A stretch of DNA of 64,000 bases, taken from Minisyncoccota bacterium (GTDB lineage Bacteria > Patescibacteriota > Minisyncoccia > Phycocordibacterales > UBA5272). Position 1 is the stretch's first letter. The number at the start of each line of letters is the position of its first letter. Made by a program: the position numbers and the translations under genes. Below are positions 40,642 through 50,955 of the stretch, piece by piece. The notes under the pieces are model-generated. The model saw nothing but the letters and a program-made list of their open reading frames with translations, made no database searches and was not told where the DNA came from. The stretch spans positions 1,674 to 65,673 of the forward strand of contig JAGOQU010000005.1 of the NCBI GenBank assembly GCA_018063165.1. The letters are read 5' to 3'.

Positions 40642-41442
40642 TTATTGAATCACATCCACAATCGAAGTTGTAGTTGACGATGCTGTTACAGGATCGCTTG
40701 AAGATGCAACTTCTAGAGTGCTTGATGCTTTCAAACTTGCTATAGCAGAAAACCCTGCAGGATCTATACTGCCGATAGCAATACTAGCATTAACCTTAAA
40801 ACTAGTAACACCTTTTTTATCAAGAGGACCTATACCAGTTATCTCAAGTTTTGGTAAATAATTTTTAAACCATTTACTGTTAATCACTTCTATTTGTTGA
40901 TAGAGAGCTTTATAGCTATTAGTTTGACCAGAGAATGCAAGATCATAATTTTTATCTTTTTTACTCTTTGAAAGAGAAAACTTATCATACACAACAGGAC
41001 TATTAATACTCTCTTCTAGAATAGTAAACGCTGTATTTACTGATACACGCTCGTCAATTATTTTATTTATTAACGCAAGTCTAGCAGATAATTTTCGTAT
41101 CTCTTCTAAATCTTTTGGTTTTTTAAAAGTTTCTTCTAAGGCAGTTAACTCATCCTTTCTATTATCAATTTGTACCTTAATAGAACTTTGATACACAAAG
41201 AGAATGACACTAGCAATCACTAAACTTAGAAATACAAAAAAAATAGCACCTTGTACATAGACACCAAATTTTGATTTATTTCTATTTTTATATGCAAACG
41301 GAGAAATAACCTCTGCGACAGGCGTAAGGGTTATAACTGGCGCAGGCACAACAAGAGCAGGAACACCATTACTGTTTGTTTGTGTTACTTGTTGAGCTGG
41401 AGCACTTGCTTGTTCTTGATTAGGGTTAAATGAAAATGCCAT
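40642..41442 (-). CDS. pilN: PilN-like pilus assembly protein
   Basis: Short cytoplasmic N-terminus, TM helix (GAIFFVFLSLVIASVILF), periplasmic domain. Immediately downstream of pilM. Confidence 0.5.
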   Translation of the reverse strand: MAFSFNPNQEQASAPAQQVTQTNSNGVPALVVPAPVITLTPVAEVISPFAYKNRNKSKFGVYVQGAIFFVFLSLVIASVILFVYQSSIKVQIDNRKDELTALEETFKKPKDLEEIRKLSARLALINKIIDERVSVNTAFTILEESINSPVVYDKFSLSKSKKDKNYDLAFSGQTNSYKALYQQIEVINSKWFKNYLPKLEITGIGPLDKKGVTSFKVNASIAIGSIDPAGFSAIASLKASSTLEVASSSDPVTASSTTTSIVDVIQ

Positions 41443-41451
41443 GTATATATT

Positions 41452-42519
41452 TTAGGTAACTAATTTTTTGAGCGCACATCCAAGCGCTATTGCATATGAC
41501 GGACCTATTCTTTCTATCATTTCTGAAAGAAATTCTGGAACCTTCACACGCTCAAAAGGTGTAGCAATTCTTCCTGCGATATGTACCGTCTGACTATATA
41601 CGTCAAGAACACCCATAACGCGAGCACCACCTCCTGATAAAATTATTCCCTCTATATGTTGATTATACTTTCTTTCGTACATTAGGGATAGTCTTGCAAC
41701 CTCACCAAACAGTGGATAACTAGAAAGTTGCATAATATCTTTTAGATAAGGATTAGAAAAATCACCTTTATATCCAAACGTGCGTTTTGTTTCTTCTGCT
41801 GTATCTATTGGTACAGACAACGCTTTTGACAATTGAACAGTTCCCTCTTGTGATCCATGACTAATTACATGCATATCAAGTACTATACCTTGAAAAACTA
41901 GTGATAGTGTCGTTATTTGTGCACCGATATCGACATACAAAACCATCTTATGAGTGTGGGGGGAAGAACTTCTAACCAAACTATATCCATGAATCTCATA
42001 CTCTACATTAGTTAAATTCATTTTCTTTACTAATCTATCGTACATACCAAGAGTTTCATTATTAACAGCAGCGAGCACTATATTAACCAGTTCGTCATTT
42101 GCTCCAATATTAATAGTGGTGGGAATATGCCACCAATCCATTTGAACTTCCGTAAGAGGTATCGGTATATATTTACGTGCTTCTATTGGTATCATTGTTC
42201 GCAACTGATCATCGTCAACTTTTGGTACTTTAATAAGAGAAACATACGTTGACGAAGGGTCTATAGCAACCACTGTATTTGTAGCAGTTACTTTTGCTTC
42301 TTTAAAAAGGTCTTGTACTGCTTCGAGTAACTTCTCTTCACCTAGGTGTATAGCTTGACCTACAAACGCACCACCATAAGGCCCCATAGGAACCTCTCCA
42401 TATGTATCTAAAATAATAATATCCTTTTCACGTCTAAGTTGAACCACTTTAATTGATGACGTACCAATATCAAGACCAATAGCTTGACCAACTTCTTCTT
42501 TTTTGAAAAGCTCAAACAT
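41452..42519 (-). CDS. pilM: type IV pilus assembly protein PilM (actin-like ATPase)
   Basis: IGLDIGTSSIKVVQL phosphate-1 motif, and the ASKHSP/FtsA-like fold pattern. Confidence 0.8.
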   Translation of the reverse strand: MFELFKKEEVGQAIGLDIGTSSIKVVQLRREKDIIILDTYGEVPMGPYGGAFVGQAIHLGEEKLLEAVQDLFKEAKVTATNTVVAIDPSSTYVSLIKVPKVDDDQLRTMIPIEARKYIPIPLTEVQMDWWHIPTTINIGANDELVNIVLAAVNNETLGMYDRLVKKMNLTNVEYEIHGYSLVRSSSPHTHKMVLYVDIGAQITTLSLVFQGIVLDMHVISHGSQEGTVQLSKALSVPIDTAEETKRTFGYKGDFSNPYLKDIMQLSSYPLFGEVARLSLMYERKYNQHIEGIILSGGGARVMGVLDVYSQTVHIAGRIATPFERVKVPEFLSEMIERIGPSYAIALGCALKKLVT

Positions 42520-42557
42520 ATATCTTATAGTATACACCCATACACAGACTGTTTTAT

Positions 42558-43205
42558 GTGTATACTCACATTATGAGTATTCTCTTTTCTTTCTATCATT
42601 CTTTACTTCAGCTACTTTTTCCAGAATCATGTTTTTTGTGTAAAAAATCTGGAACACCTTTATGTAAAAAATGTATACACACTTTTAAAAAAAACATAGA
42701 CACTCCTCTAACGTACGCACACAGCACATATTCTTTTCATGACATTCGAGTTAAAAAAATAATTCACGCTATTAAATATTTCCATAGAAAAGATTTAATT
42801 ATGCCCCTTGTTGCATCCATGGAAAATGACATCAATTATTTTAAAAATAATCACCAGACATATACACTTATTCCTATTCCAATGCCAAAAATAAGAAAAT
42901 TGATACGAGGGTATAATCAAGCAGAATGGATAGCAAGCCATGTATCTGAAAAAACTTCTAATACAATAGTAGATTTTTCTATACTCAAACGATCAAGAAC
43001 ACCTGAACGCCAAGCAACAACAAAAACAAGATCAGAACGCCTAAAAAACCAACATAACAGCTTTTATGTATCAAAAGATGTCTCAGGGCTACATATCATA
43101 CTTATCGATGATGTGATGACCACAGGAGCAACACTCTCAGAAGCAAGAAATATATTACTAAAACATGGTGCAAAAGAGGTATATGCGCTTACAATAGCAC
43201 ATTAA
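42558..43205 (+). CDS. comFC: competence protein ComFC (phosphoribosyltransferase family)
   Basis: N-terminal CxxC...CxxC zinc finger then PRTase motif ILIDDVMTTGATLSEA. Confidence 0.8.
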   Translation: MYTHIMSILFSFYHSLLQLLFPESCFLCKKSGTPLCKKCIHTFKKNIDTPLTYAHSTYSFHDIRVKKIIHAIKYFHRKDLIMPLVASMENDINYFKNNHQTYTLIPIPMPKIRKLIRGYNQAEWIASHVSEKTSNTIVDFSILKRSRTPERQATTKTRSERLKNQHNSFYVSKDVSGLHIILIDDVMTTGATLSEARNILLKHGAKEVYALTIAH

Positions 43206-43263
43206 TATGTTTATACTTTTTGAATATTGTTCGCATCTTCTATATTTGATATAGTATACGCAT

Positions 43264-43992
43264 ATGTCAGAAATAACTATTTCAAATGTATCAAAATGGT
43301 ACGGAACAAAAACAAAAGGTAAGTATTCTGTAAAAAACCTAAACCTCTCAATTAAAAAAGGTAGTGTTTTTGGTTTTCTTGGGCCAAACGGCGCAGGGAA
43401 AACAACAACCATAAAAATGCTTGTTGGCCTTGCTAAACCCACAGAAGGTACAATAACTATCGGAACAGGAAAACCAGACGATATGCATGTAAAGCAAAAG
43501 ATAGGTTTTATGCCAGAGTCCCCTTCTTTTTATCTCTATTTAACAGGGAGAGAATTTTTAACGTTTATTGCAGAGATTTTTGCATTACAACAATATAAAG
43601 GAAAAATAAATGAATTACTTGAATCAGTTGAACTTCTTGATGCAGCAGATAGACAAATAAGAACGTATTCAAAAGGAATGCTTCAACGTCTTGGACTTGC
43701 CCAAGCACTTATCAATGATCCAGATATACTCTTTCTTGACGAACCGTTAGATGGACTCGACCCTTTAGGTAGAGCAGAGATAAAAAAAATAATCCTTCAA
43801 CTTAAAGGGAAAAATAAGACGATATTCCTTAATTCACACATACTTTCAGACGTGGCAGAATTATGTGACCAAGTAGGAATTATAGACAAAGGAGAATTAC
43901 TTATTGTTGATTCACCAAAAAATATCACAGCTAATCACAAGGACTTAGAAGAAGCTTTCGTGTCACTTATTACCACAAGAAGAACTAAATAA
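43264..43992 (+). CDS. ABC transporter ATP-binding protein
   Basis: Walker A GPNGAGKTT, signature YSKGMLQRLGLAQAL, Walker B ILFLDEP. Confidence 0.9.
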   Translation: MSEITISNVSKWYGTKTKGKYSVKNLNLSIKKGSVFGFLGPNGAGKTTTIKMLVGLAKPTEGTITIGTGKPDDMHVKQKIGFMPESPSFYLYLTGREFLTFIAEIFALQQYKGKINELLESVELLDAADRQIRTYSKGMLQRLGLAQALINDPDILFLDEPLDGLDPLGRAEIKKIILQLKGKNKTIFLNSHILSDVAELCDQVGIIDKGELLIVDSPKNITANHKDLEEAFVSLITTRRTK

Positions 43993-44002
43993 ATACACAA
44001 TC

Positions 44003-44773
44003 ATGATGCATCATATTTTCACTATCGCAAAAAATACATTCAGGGAGACAATGCGTGATCGTATTGTACTTGCGGCATGCGCCCTTGTATTCCTCATGAT
44101 AGGCTTTTCTCTCTTTATAGGTACTATTTCTATAGATCAAGATATTAGGGTTATTATTAATTTTTCACTAACCTCAATATACATACTTCAGATGTTTATT
44201 GCTATTTTTATTGGTTCAATGCTTATCTATAAAGAAGTTGAGAGAAAATCATTTTTTCTCATCCTTCCAAAACCAATAAAAACAGAAGCTATTATCATTG
44301 GTAAATGTTTAGGACTCACTGCAACAACCACCGTTGTTACTGTTATATCTACTATAGCTTTATATATAATTCTATTTTTTAAAGGTGGAAATATATTCTT
44401 TGTTCCGATATTACTCTCTATGTTATTCAGCATACTCGAATCTAGTATTATCATATTACTTTCTATACTATTTTCAGGAATGACATCTCCTATACTTTCA
44501 GCTGTTTATACAGTAGGATTCTTTTTAATTGGACATTCCACAGAAATATATCGTTCTTTTATGTTTCAAATGGCTCCATCATTAAAATTATATATTTTAC
44601 AATCTGCGTATTATCTACTTCCAAATTTAGAAAAATTCAATATCCGTAATGACGTTGTGTATGAAAAGATACCAACACTCTATTCTATTTTCTTAACACT
44701 AGTATATGCACTATGTGTTGCGATTGTTATATTTATGTTAGCTAAAATAAATTTTAAAAAGAAAGAATTTTAA
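44003..44773 (+). CDS. ABC-2 family permease
   Basis: Six hydrophobic helices. Directly follows the ABC ATPase. Confidence 0.7.
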   Translation: MMHHIFTIAKNTFRETMRDRIVLAACALVFLMIGFSLFIGTISIDQDIRVIINFSLTSIYILQMFIAIFIGSMLIYKEVERKSFFLILPKPIKTEAIIIGKCLGLTATTTVVTVISTIALYIILFFKGGNIFFVPILLSMLFSILESSIIILLSILFSGMTSPILSAVYTVGFFLIGHSTEIYRSFMFQMAPSLKLYILQSAYYLLPNLEKFNIRNDVVYEKIPTLYSIFLTLVYALCVAIVIFMLAKINFKKKEF

Positions 44774-44785
44774 GGAAGGAGTATT

Positions 44786-45646
44786 ATGAATCCATTGCAA
44801 AAAAACATATATACGTTGACAAGAAATTTTCTTATACTGAGTCTTTTTGTCTGTATCGTATTAATACAACGTACCTATGACAAAATTGAACACCCTCATA
44901 TACTTTTTACAACAGAGACACGGTATATCCTTCCTGCTTCTGTAGTAAAAAACCTATCTTTTGGTTTTAAAAATAGCATAGCAGATCTTTATTGGGTAAA
45001 AGCTATACAAGATTTTTCTATATGGGATGGAAGAGATCCTTTTTATGTAAAAGAATATGAAAACATTGCAACTCTTGATCCAAAATTTTCATACCCTTAT
45101 CTTCTCGCTATATTAACCTTCACATCAACAGCAGTAAATAACAAAAACGCAGATCCTCACATTTTAGAAACAATTGAACCTCTCATACAAAAAGGAATGA
45201 AAAATCTTCCAGATAACTGGGAAATACCTTTCTATTTAGGTACAGGTTTTCAATTAACAAAAAATACAGAAAAAGCACTATATTATCTAAGTATTGCTTC
45301 ATCCAACAAGGATGCACCTGAGATTATTCATAAAGTGTACGCCACACATCTCAAAAACACCATTTCAGGAAAATCTGCATCAGGTAAAGACCTTGTAAAA
45401 GCAATCTACGACACCACAACAAGTGAAACAACAAAAAAGATGCTAGAAGAAGGTATAAAAATAGATATCTTAAAGGAAACACTCGAAACAATAAGCCGTG
45501 ATTTCAAGAAAAAATATGGGGTATACCCATCTTCTCTTAACGATCTTACATCTCGTAAAATACTTCAAGTTGGCCAAGACTTTAAAAATGAATTTGATAT
45601 TACCTTCAATAGATACACCGGTGAAGTTACGGTAAAAGCAAAATAA
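44786..45646 (+). CDS. hypothetical membrane-anchored protein (co-operonic with the ABC transporter)
   Basis: N-terminal TM helix. 286 aa. Confidence 0.4.
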   Translation: MNPLQKNIYTLTRNFLILSLFVCIVLIQRTYDKIEHPHILFTTETRYILPASVVKNLSFGFKNSIADLYWVKAIQDFSIWDGRDPFYVKEYENIATLDPKFSYPYLLAILTFTSTAVNNKNADPHILETIEPLIQKGMKNLPDNWEIPFYLGTGFQLTKNTEKALYYLSIASSNKDAPEIIHKVYATHLKNTISGKSASGKDLVKAIYDTTTSETTKKMLEEGIKIDILKETLETISRDFKKKYGVYPSSLNDLTSRKILQVGQDFKNEFDITFNRYTGEVTVKAK

Positions 45647-45810
45647 AGGATAAATAAAAAAAATCACAAGATAATCTTGTAATTGTTTTTTCTGCGGTGA
45701 ATATGGGTTAAGTACCCACACTCTCAAGTGTTATAAGGGTATTTTAGCACACTTTTGGTATGTAAAACTAGGATAGTGGGTCGGGGTGTAAATGCCAACA
45801 AATGCCAATT

Positions 45811-46413
45811 TTAACTAGAGCTATCTTTTTTATAATGTATGGCAAATAGATAAAGAATACTCGATACTGTAATTATTATTGATAGTATTATATTTAAAAT
45901 AGATAGACCAAAATAACTAGAACTATATGTTTTTATTTCTAATACTGTTTTAGTTATTACGATTAATATTAATCCTAAAGGAAATACCCATGTATAAAGT
46001 ATCCATGTCCAGTTTGAGAATTTTGGATATCTATCTAAGTATCCGGCACCCTCTCTTTTAAAAATATCACCACCAATTTCTTTATCTATTAATGGCTCTA
46101 AGGAATGTATATAGCTATATTGGCGTTCAATTTGGATACAAATCTGAAAATACCTTATACTAATAATAGTAAGTAGACCCCATGTCAAACTAAGAAATCC
46201 AGAAAAGCTTATATTAAAACTAGATCCAAATTTATATTCTATCGCTTTACTGATGGCATTAATAGCTTGATCTGGAGAATAAAACTGTATACTAAATAGT
46301 GTTAAAATTAGAAGTATATAAATTATAAGTTTCTCTCTTTTATTTTCTAAATCCTTATTATTTAAACAAGTCTCCTTGTAATGATCGTAAAGTATTTCTA
46401 TTTCTTTTTTCAT
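45811..46413 (-). CDS. 4-TM membrane protein (candidate effector of the TIR operon)
   Basis: ~27-aa cytoplasmic N-terminus then four hydrophobic helices. Start codon 2 nt after the stop of the TIR-like gene. Confidence 0.5.
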   Translation of the reverse strand: MKKEIEILYDHYKETCLNNKDLENKREKLIIYILLILTLFSIQFYSPDQAINAISKAIEYKFGSSFNISFSGFLSLTWGLLTIISIRYFQICIQIERQYSYIHSLEPLIDKEIGGDIFKREGAGYLDRYPKFSNWTWILYTWVFPLGLILIVITKTVLEIKTYSSSYFGLSILNIILSIIITVSSILYLFAIHYKKDSSS

Positions 46414-46415
46414 GT

Positions 46416-46850
46416 TTAAAAAATAAAAGGCGCTTGATTTATTGCATTAATTATATTCTGATGGGTAAAGGAATTAGCTGTAGAGTATTTTGCACCAACA
46501 AGCGTTGTGGGTATTTGTGATAAAAAATTTATTTTAATTACCGCAATCCTCTTTTTATAAGACACAGCTTGATATGATTCAAAGTTAATCCAATTAACAT
46601 GACCTATTAAACTTCTATTTCTGTGCGGAGTGTTTGTATGCCCACCTGAAATAACTAGGACATGAGTAGACTCTTTTATCTTATTAGTTAGTGCTGCTTT
46701 TATTCTTCCTATATTGTTAGAATTTATTTCCTCTGAGGAGTAATCGTCAAATACTAAATCAAATTCCTTATTAGCATTCCAAGCTTCTAATAAAAACTTA
46801 TAATGCTTATCATGTTCGTAGTCAAAACTTACAAATATCTTTGGCTTCAT
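46416..46850 (-). CDS. TIR-like domain protein (ThsB/DUF1863-like)
   Basis: KIFVSFDYEHDKHYKFLLEAW...HVLVISGGHT...RSLIGHVNWINFESYQAVSYKKRIAVIKI parallels the ThsB pattern (FxSFxYxD...W...vLIg....R.WV.yEi.....IIgI.I). Confidence 0.55.
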   Translation of the reverse strand: MKPKIFVSFDYEHDKHYKFLLEAWNANKEFDLVFDDYSSEEINSNNIGRIKAALTNKIKESTHVLVISGGHTNTPHRNRSLIGHVNWINFESYQAVSYKKRIAVIKINFLSQIPTTLVGAKYSTANSFTHQNIINAINQAPFIF

Positions 46851-46853
46851 ATA

Positions 46854-47480
46854 TTACTTTAAATTAGGTTTTTTAATAACATCTACAACCTTTCCATTTA
46901 TGAGAAATTGATCATCCTCATGAATATAAATAGGGCTGTAAAATTTTGTAGACTCTGGCATTAAAAGTATTTGGTTATTATTTTTTCTGTCATCTACATA
47001 TTTTTTTATTGTCCCTCCTCCGTTTATAACAGCGAGAACAATTTCTCCATCTTTTGGATTAACTTGAGTTTTATCTACAAGTACAAAATCTCCATCTTCT
47101 ATTTTTTTATCAGTACCATACACAACTGCTTTGTTCATAGAATCTCCTTCAGCTCTTACTGCAAAAATATTTTTTACATTTTTTATTTTATGTAAAAAGC
47201 TTTTTGATACAACAACAAAACCTTCGTAATTTTGTTCTGCAAAAACAGAAGCATCTCCGCAATCAGCAGTACCAACTAATGGTATTTGGACAAACAGATC
47301 AGAAGGCTTACTTTTTTTATATACATCAAACCCTTTTTTCACTAATTGCTCTATATGGTGCTTAATTTTCTGTGGTGAGCTATTTTTTTCTCCTATTTTT
47401 TCAGCAATCTCCCTTAAGGTTAGTTTACTAAGGTCTGCAGACTTAGAAAGAGTTAAAATATCGTTTTGTATTTTGTGCAT
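46854..47480 (-). CDS. LexA/CI-like repressor (HTH + S24 peptidase)
   Basis: N-terminal wHTH (LTLREIAEKIG), C-terminal S24 with catalytic Ser in GDSM and Lys in TIKKY. 208 aa. Confidence 0.75.
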   Translation of the reverse strand: MHKIQNDILTLSKSADLSKLTLREIAEKIGEKNSSPQKIKHHIEQLVKKGFDVYKKSKPSDLFVQIPLVGTADCGDASVFAEQNYEGFVVVSKSFLHKIKNVKNIFAVRAEGDSMNKAVVYGTDKKIEDGDFVLVDKTQVNPKDGEIVLAVINGGGTIKKYVDDRKNNNQILLMPESTKFYSPIYIHEDDQFLINGKVVDVIKKPNLK

Positions 47481-47762
47481 ATGTGTAGATTATAGCAAAA
47501 ATATTATATTTTTGTCAATCTATTTTAGGTATTATATCTTAACAAAACTTAATTCTTGACAATGAAAATTCATTTTGTTAAAATAGAAGTAATGTACAGA
47601 AACTATTCTTACAGATTATTAAATAAACAAGCTTAAACTTATGGCAAAACAACGTGACTGGAAAAAAGAGCAACCTCATAAAGCAAATAATGGACAAATA
47701 GCTTCTAGAGAATATGCTAAAAAACATCCAGAAAAAGTTACTTGGGTTAAAGTAGACTAAAT

Positions 47763-48179
47763 ATGAAAACAGTAAATATCGCAATGGCTCATAAAGTAAT
47801 TCACCCACCTAAACATGGGGATATTATTTTACAAGTAACAGATATTCAAGCTCATACTAGTTTATTTAGAACATCCGACTTTGCAAAAACTGTTGAAAAA
47901 TCAACAAAAAAGAAAGAAGGAGGTAGGCTATTCTCTACTTTTAGTAGAGAAACTAATCAGATAATATCTGTTTTTGAAGATGGTGTTATAAAAAGCACAC
48001 TACCTTATTTAGATCAAACTCAACTGACTTCTCTAGTTAAAAAATACGAACAAGAAGGAAAAAGAGTTTATCTATCAATTCCTAATGGGTTAACTCTAAC
48101 ACCAGGAAAAGATGCTGTTGAATTCATGAACAGTAAAAATGGAAAAAGACTCGTAAGAGGGATGAATAAAAACAATTAA
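47763..48179 (+). CDS. hypothetical protein
   Basis: 138 aa. First of a co-directional series of small genes. Confidence 0.4.
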   Translation: MKTVNIAMAHKVIHPPKHGDIILQVTDIQAHTSLFRTSDFAKTVEKSTKKKEGGRLFSTFSRETNQIISVFEDGVIKSTLPYLDQTQLTSLVKKYEQEGKRVYLSIPNGLTLTPGKDAVEFMNSKNGKRLVRGMNKNN

Positions 48180-48333
48180 ATACTAATTACTCTGCGTAGT
48201 AAAAAGTAGAATAGTGTATCGCCTAAGAAACCATGCCTATTCCGCGCAAGAAACAGAAGGAACTTCGAATTCTCTTGTTTCGTGTGTGGAATAGGCTTTT
48301 TCTTATTCCACATATTAATTAAACAAAATTAAT

Positions 48334-49638
48334 ATGGCTAAAAAAATACAACAAAAACTAACATGGTCACTCACTACACGCAAAGTAAATGACCTCACAA
48401 AAAACGGATACAATCCGAGAAAGATAAGCGAGAATGAAAAAAGAGATTTAGAAAACTCTGTTAAAGAGTTTGGTACGGTTGTACCTGTAATTCTAAACAT
48501 CGGTAAAAGAAATAACATTATTATTGGTGGTGAGCAAAGAGTTAAAGTCTATGCTGACCTCGGTATAGAAAGTATTGAGTGCATGACTCCTTCTCGGGAA
48601 CTTACTCTTACAGAAGAAAAGGAATTAAATCTAAGGCTCAATAAAAATACTGGATCTTGGGATGAAAACCTCTTGAAAGATTTTGATATAGACATGCTTT
48701 TAGATGTTGGTTTTGGAGATGAGGAATTACAAAGCATGTTTGATGATGTAAACATGATCGAAGATGATTATGATATAGAAAAAGCAGTAAAAGAAACTAT
48801 TACTCCCAAAGTAAAACTTGGCGAGATTTGGGAACTTGGAAAACATAGGCTACTCGTGGGAGATTCAACTGATCTTGCTTCTGTACAAAAACTAATGGAT
48901 GGGAATTTAGCAGATATCATTTACTGTGACCCGCCATATAATATTGGACTCGACTACTCTAAGGGTGTGGGAAATACAGAAAAGTATGGAGGGTCATATT
49001 CTGCAAAAGATGATTCAAAGACCAAAAAAGAATATGAAGCTTTCATAGATACAAGTATGGAAGTAGCCAAGTCTATTGCTAAAAAAGATAGCCACTTTTT
49101 CTATTGGGGAGATTCTTCATTTATTGGAATGCTCCAATCTCTCTACCTAAAACATAAAGTAGATAGTAAAAGGGTTTGCATGTGGATTAAGAATAATCAA
49201 AACCCAACTCATAAAATTGCATTCAACAAAGTCTATGAGCCTTGTGTATATGGCACTCTTGGTAAACCCTATCTTAATTCTTCGATGAATAACACCAATG
49301 AAATACTTAATCAAGAAGTAACTACCGGCAATCAAGTTCATGATGAAATACTCGACATGATAGATATATGGATTGAAAAAAGAGACAGTGCTCAAACTTA
49401 TCAACATCCGACACAGAAGCCAGTTACTCTAAACGAAAAGCCATTCAAGAGATGCAGTGCTCCACTTCATGTTATTTATAGTGGTTTTGGTGGTAGTGGT
49501 TCTGATCTCATTGCCTGCGAGCAACTAAATAGAGTTTGGCGTGGGGTCGAAAAAGATTTGGTATTTGCTACCGTGATTATAGATAGATGGGAAAAGTTTA
49601 CAGGACTTAAAGCAATGAGAATATATGAAAGTAAATAA
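48334..49638 (+). CDS. ParB-like nuclease domain fused to DNA methyltransferase (N6-adenine/N4-cytosine, DPPY type)
   Basis: N-terminal ParBc-like segment (KISENEKRDLENSVKEFGTVVPVILNIG...IIGGEQRV), then IIYCDPPYNIGLDY and C-terminal SGFGGSGSDLIACEQLNR AdoMet motif. Confidence 0.8.
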   Translation: MAKKIQQKLTWSLTTRKVNDLTKNGYNPRKISENEKRDLENSVKEFGTVVPVILNIGKRNNIIIGGEQRVKVYADLGIESIECMTPSRELTLTEEKELNLRLNKNTGSWDENLLKDFDIDMLLDVGFGDEELQSMFDDVNMIEDDYDIEKAVKETITPKVKLGEIWELGKHRLLVGDSTDLASVQKLMDGNLADIIYCDPPYNIGLDYSKGVGNTEKYGGSYSAKDDSKTKKEYEAFIDTSMEVAKSIAKKDSHFFYWGDSSFIGMLQSLYLKHKVDSKRVCMWIKNNQNPTHKIAFNKVYEPCVYGTLGKPYLNSSMNNTNEILNQEVTTGNQVHDEILDMIDIWIEKRDSAQTYQHPTQKPVTLNEKPFKRCSAPLHVIYSGFGGSGSDLIACEQLNRVWRGVEKDLVFATVIIDRWEKFTGLKAMRIYESK

Positions 49639-50377
49639 AGGAGATATATTCACAATTGGTAATCACACTGTGGGGTGTGGCGACTCTACGGATAGAGAGT
49701 TTGTCAGTAAAGTTATTGGGAAAAATAAGATACGAGCAATAGTTACAGACCCTCCATATGGTGTTGCGTATGTAGAAAATAAAAAAGACTTTTTAAAACT
49801 TGGAGTGAAAGATGAAAAGAAAATTGCAGGAGATCATATACAATCGGACTCTGAATATACTGACTTTACTCAAAAGTATTTAGGAGCAGTGGTTCCGTAT
49901 CTAGAGGATTATAATGCTTGCTATATATTCAATGCTGACCTCATGTATCCGTCACTTAGAGTTGGTATGACTAACAGGGGATTCTATTATAGTCAGATGC
50001 TCATTTGGGTTAAAAATCAACCAGTCATGAGTCGTAAAGATTATTTATCTCAATATGAACTCATTGCATATGGATGGTTTGGAAAGCATAAAACAGAAAG
50101 GTCTAAGTCAAAGAACGTCATATACCACCCAAGACCAAATAAATCTAAACTGCATCCAACTCAAAAACCGATAGGTTTACTTCGTAGACTTATCCCAGAC
50201 AATACTGTTATTGGTGACATGGTCTATGATCCATTTCTAGGAAGTGGTTCAACCGCTATTGCTTGTGAACACTTAGGTCGAAAATGTATTGGTATAGAGC
50301 TCGACGTTAAGTATGTAGAAATAATACTACAAAGACTTGAAAAGCTTACTGGCGAAAAAGCCATAAAGAGTAATTAA
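49625..50377 (+). CDS. DNA methyltransferase (orphan, DPPY type)
   Basis: IVTDPPYGVAYV, HPTQKPIGLLRRLI, DPFLGSGSTAIACEHLGRKCIGIELD. Confidence 0.8.
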   Translation: MKVNKGDIFTIGNHTVGCGDSTDREFVSKVIGKNKIRAIVTDPPYGVAYVENKKDFLKLGVKDEKKIAGDHIQSDSEYTDFTQKYLGAVVPYLEDYNACYIFNADLMYPSLRVGMTNRGFYYSQMLIWVKNQPVMSRKDYLSQYELIAYGWFGKHKTERSKSKNVIYHPRPNKSKLHPTQKPIGLLRRLIPDNTVIGDMVYDPFLGSGSTAIACEHLGRKCIGIELDVKYVEIILQRLEKLTGEKAIKSN

Positions 50378-50381
50378 AAAT

Positions 50382-50756
50382 ATGAAGGAAGAAGAATTCA
50401 TAAAAGATCCATACAAGAAACAAACATATGAAAGCTATGCTCTTTGGAAGTCCCTTCCTTCATTTTTAAAGGGTCAACCAAGAGTAAGTCTTGAAAAGTT
50501 TGGTATCAACGAAGAAATAATCTTTGATTTACTTGCAATCAAAACTCAAGCTGAGTTTTCTAAAACATACAGCATTGATGTTGGTACGCTCACGGACTGG
50601 AATAAGAGGTTGGAAAAGGATGGGCTCAGTAAAGACATCAATGCGTGGGCAAGAAAGCTAACTCCTAATGTCATTTTTGCACTGTACAAAAACATTACTA
50701 AAAATGGTCGTGCTCACGAGGTGCGAGCTTGGTATGAATTAATTGAAAACAACTAA
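50382..50756 (+). CDS. hypothetical protein
   Basis: 124 aa. Confidence 0.4.
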   Translation: MKEEEFIKDPYKKQTYESYALWKSLPSFLKGQPRVSLEKFGINEEIIFDLLAIKTQAEFSKTYSIDVGTLTDWNKRLEKDGLSKDINAWARKLTPNVIFALYKNITKNGRAHEVRAWYELIENN

Positions 50757-50952
50757 TATGAAAGATATTAACTTAGAAGAAATAAATACAATACTATCTG
50801 ACACGTTAAGAAAAGTAGTAGATAGAGATATCTCACATAAGCAAGCGACGATGATTGCAAAACTAGCCTCTACACTTTCTAAAAATATAGTGAGTGTAGA
50901 ACTAAAAGACAGAGTCGAATTACTAGAACAAACTCTCAAAAGAAGAAAATAA
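50743..50952 (+). CDS. hypothetical small protein
   Basis: 69 aa, overlaps the neighbour by 14 nt. Confidence 0.3.
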   Translation: MKTTNMKDINLEEINTILSDTLRKVVDRDISHKQATMIAKLASTLSKNIVSVELKDRVELLEQTLKRRK

Positions 50953-50955
50953 TAT

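Noticed and set aside
47641-47760. 39-aa small ORF MAKQRDWKKEQPHKANNGQIASREYAKKHPEKVTWVKVD upstream of 47763-48179
   Set aside because: Plausible small basic protein at the start of the phage-like gene series, but too short to support without conservation data. Not listed as a feature.
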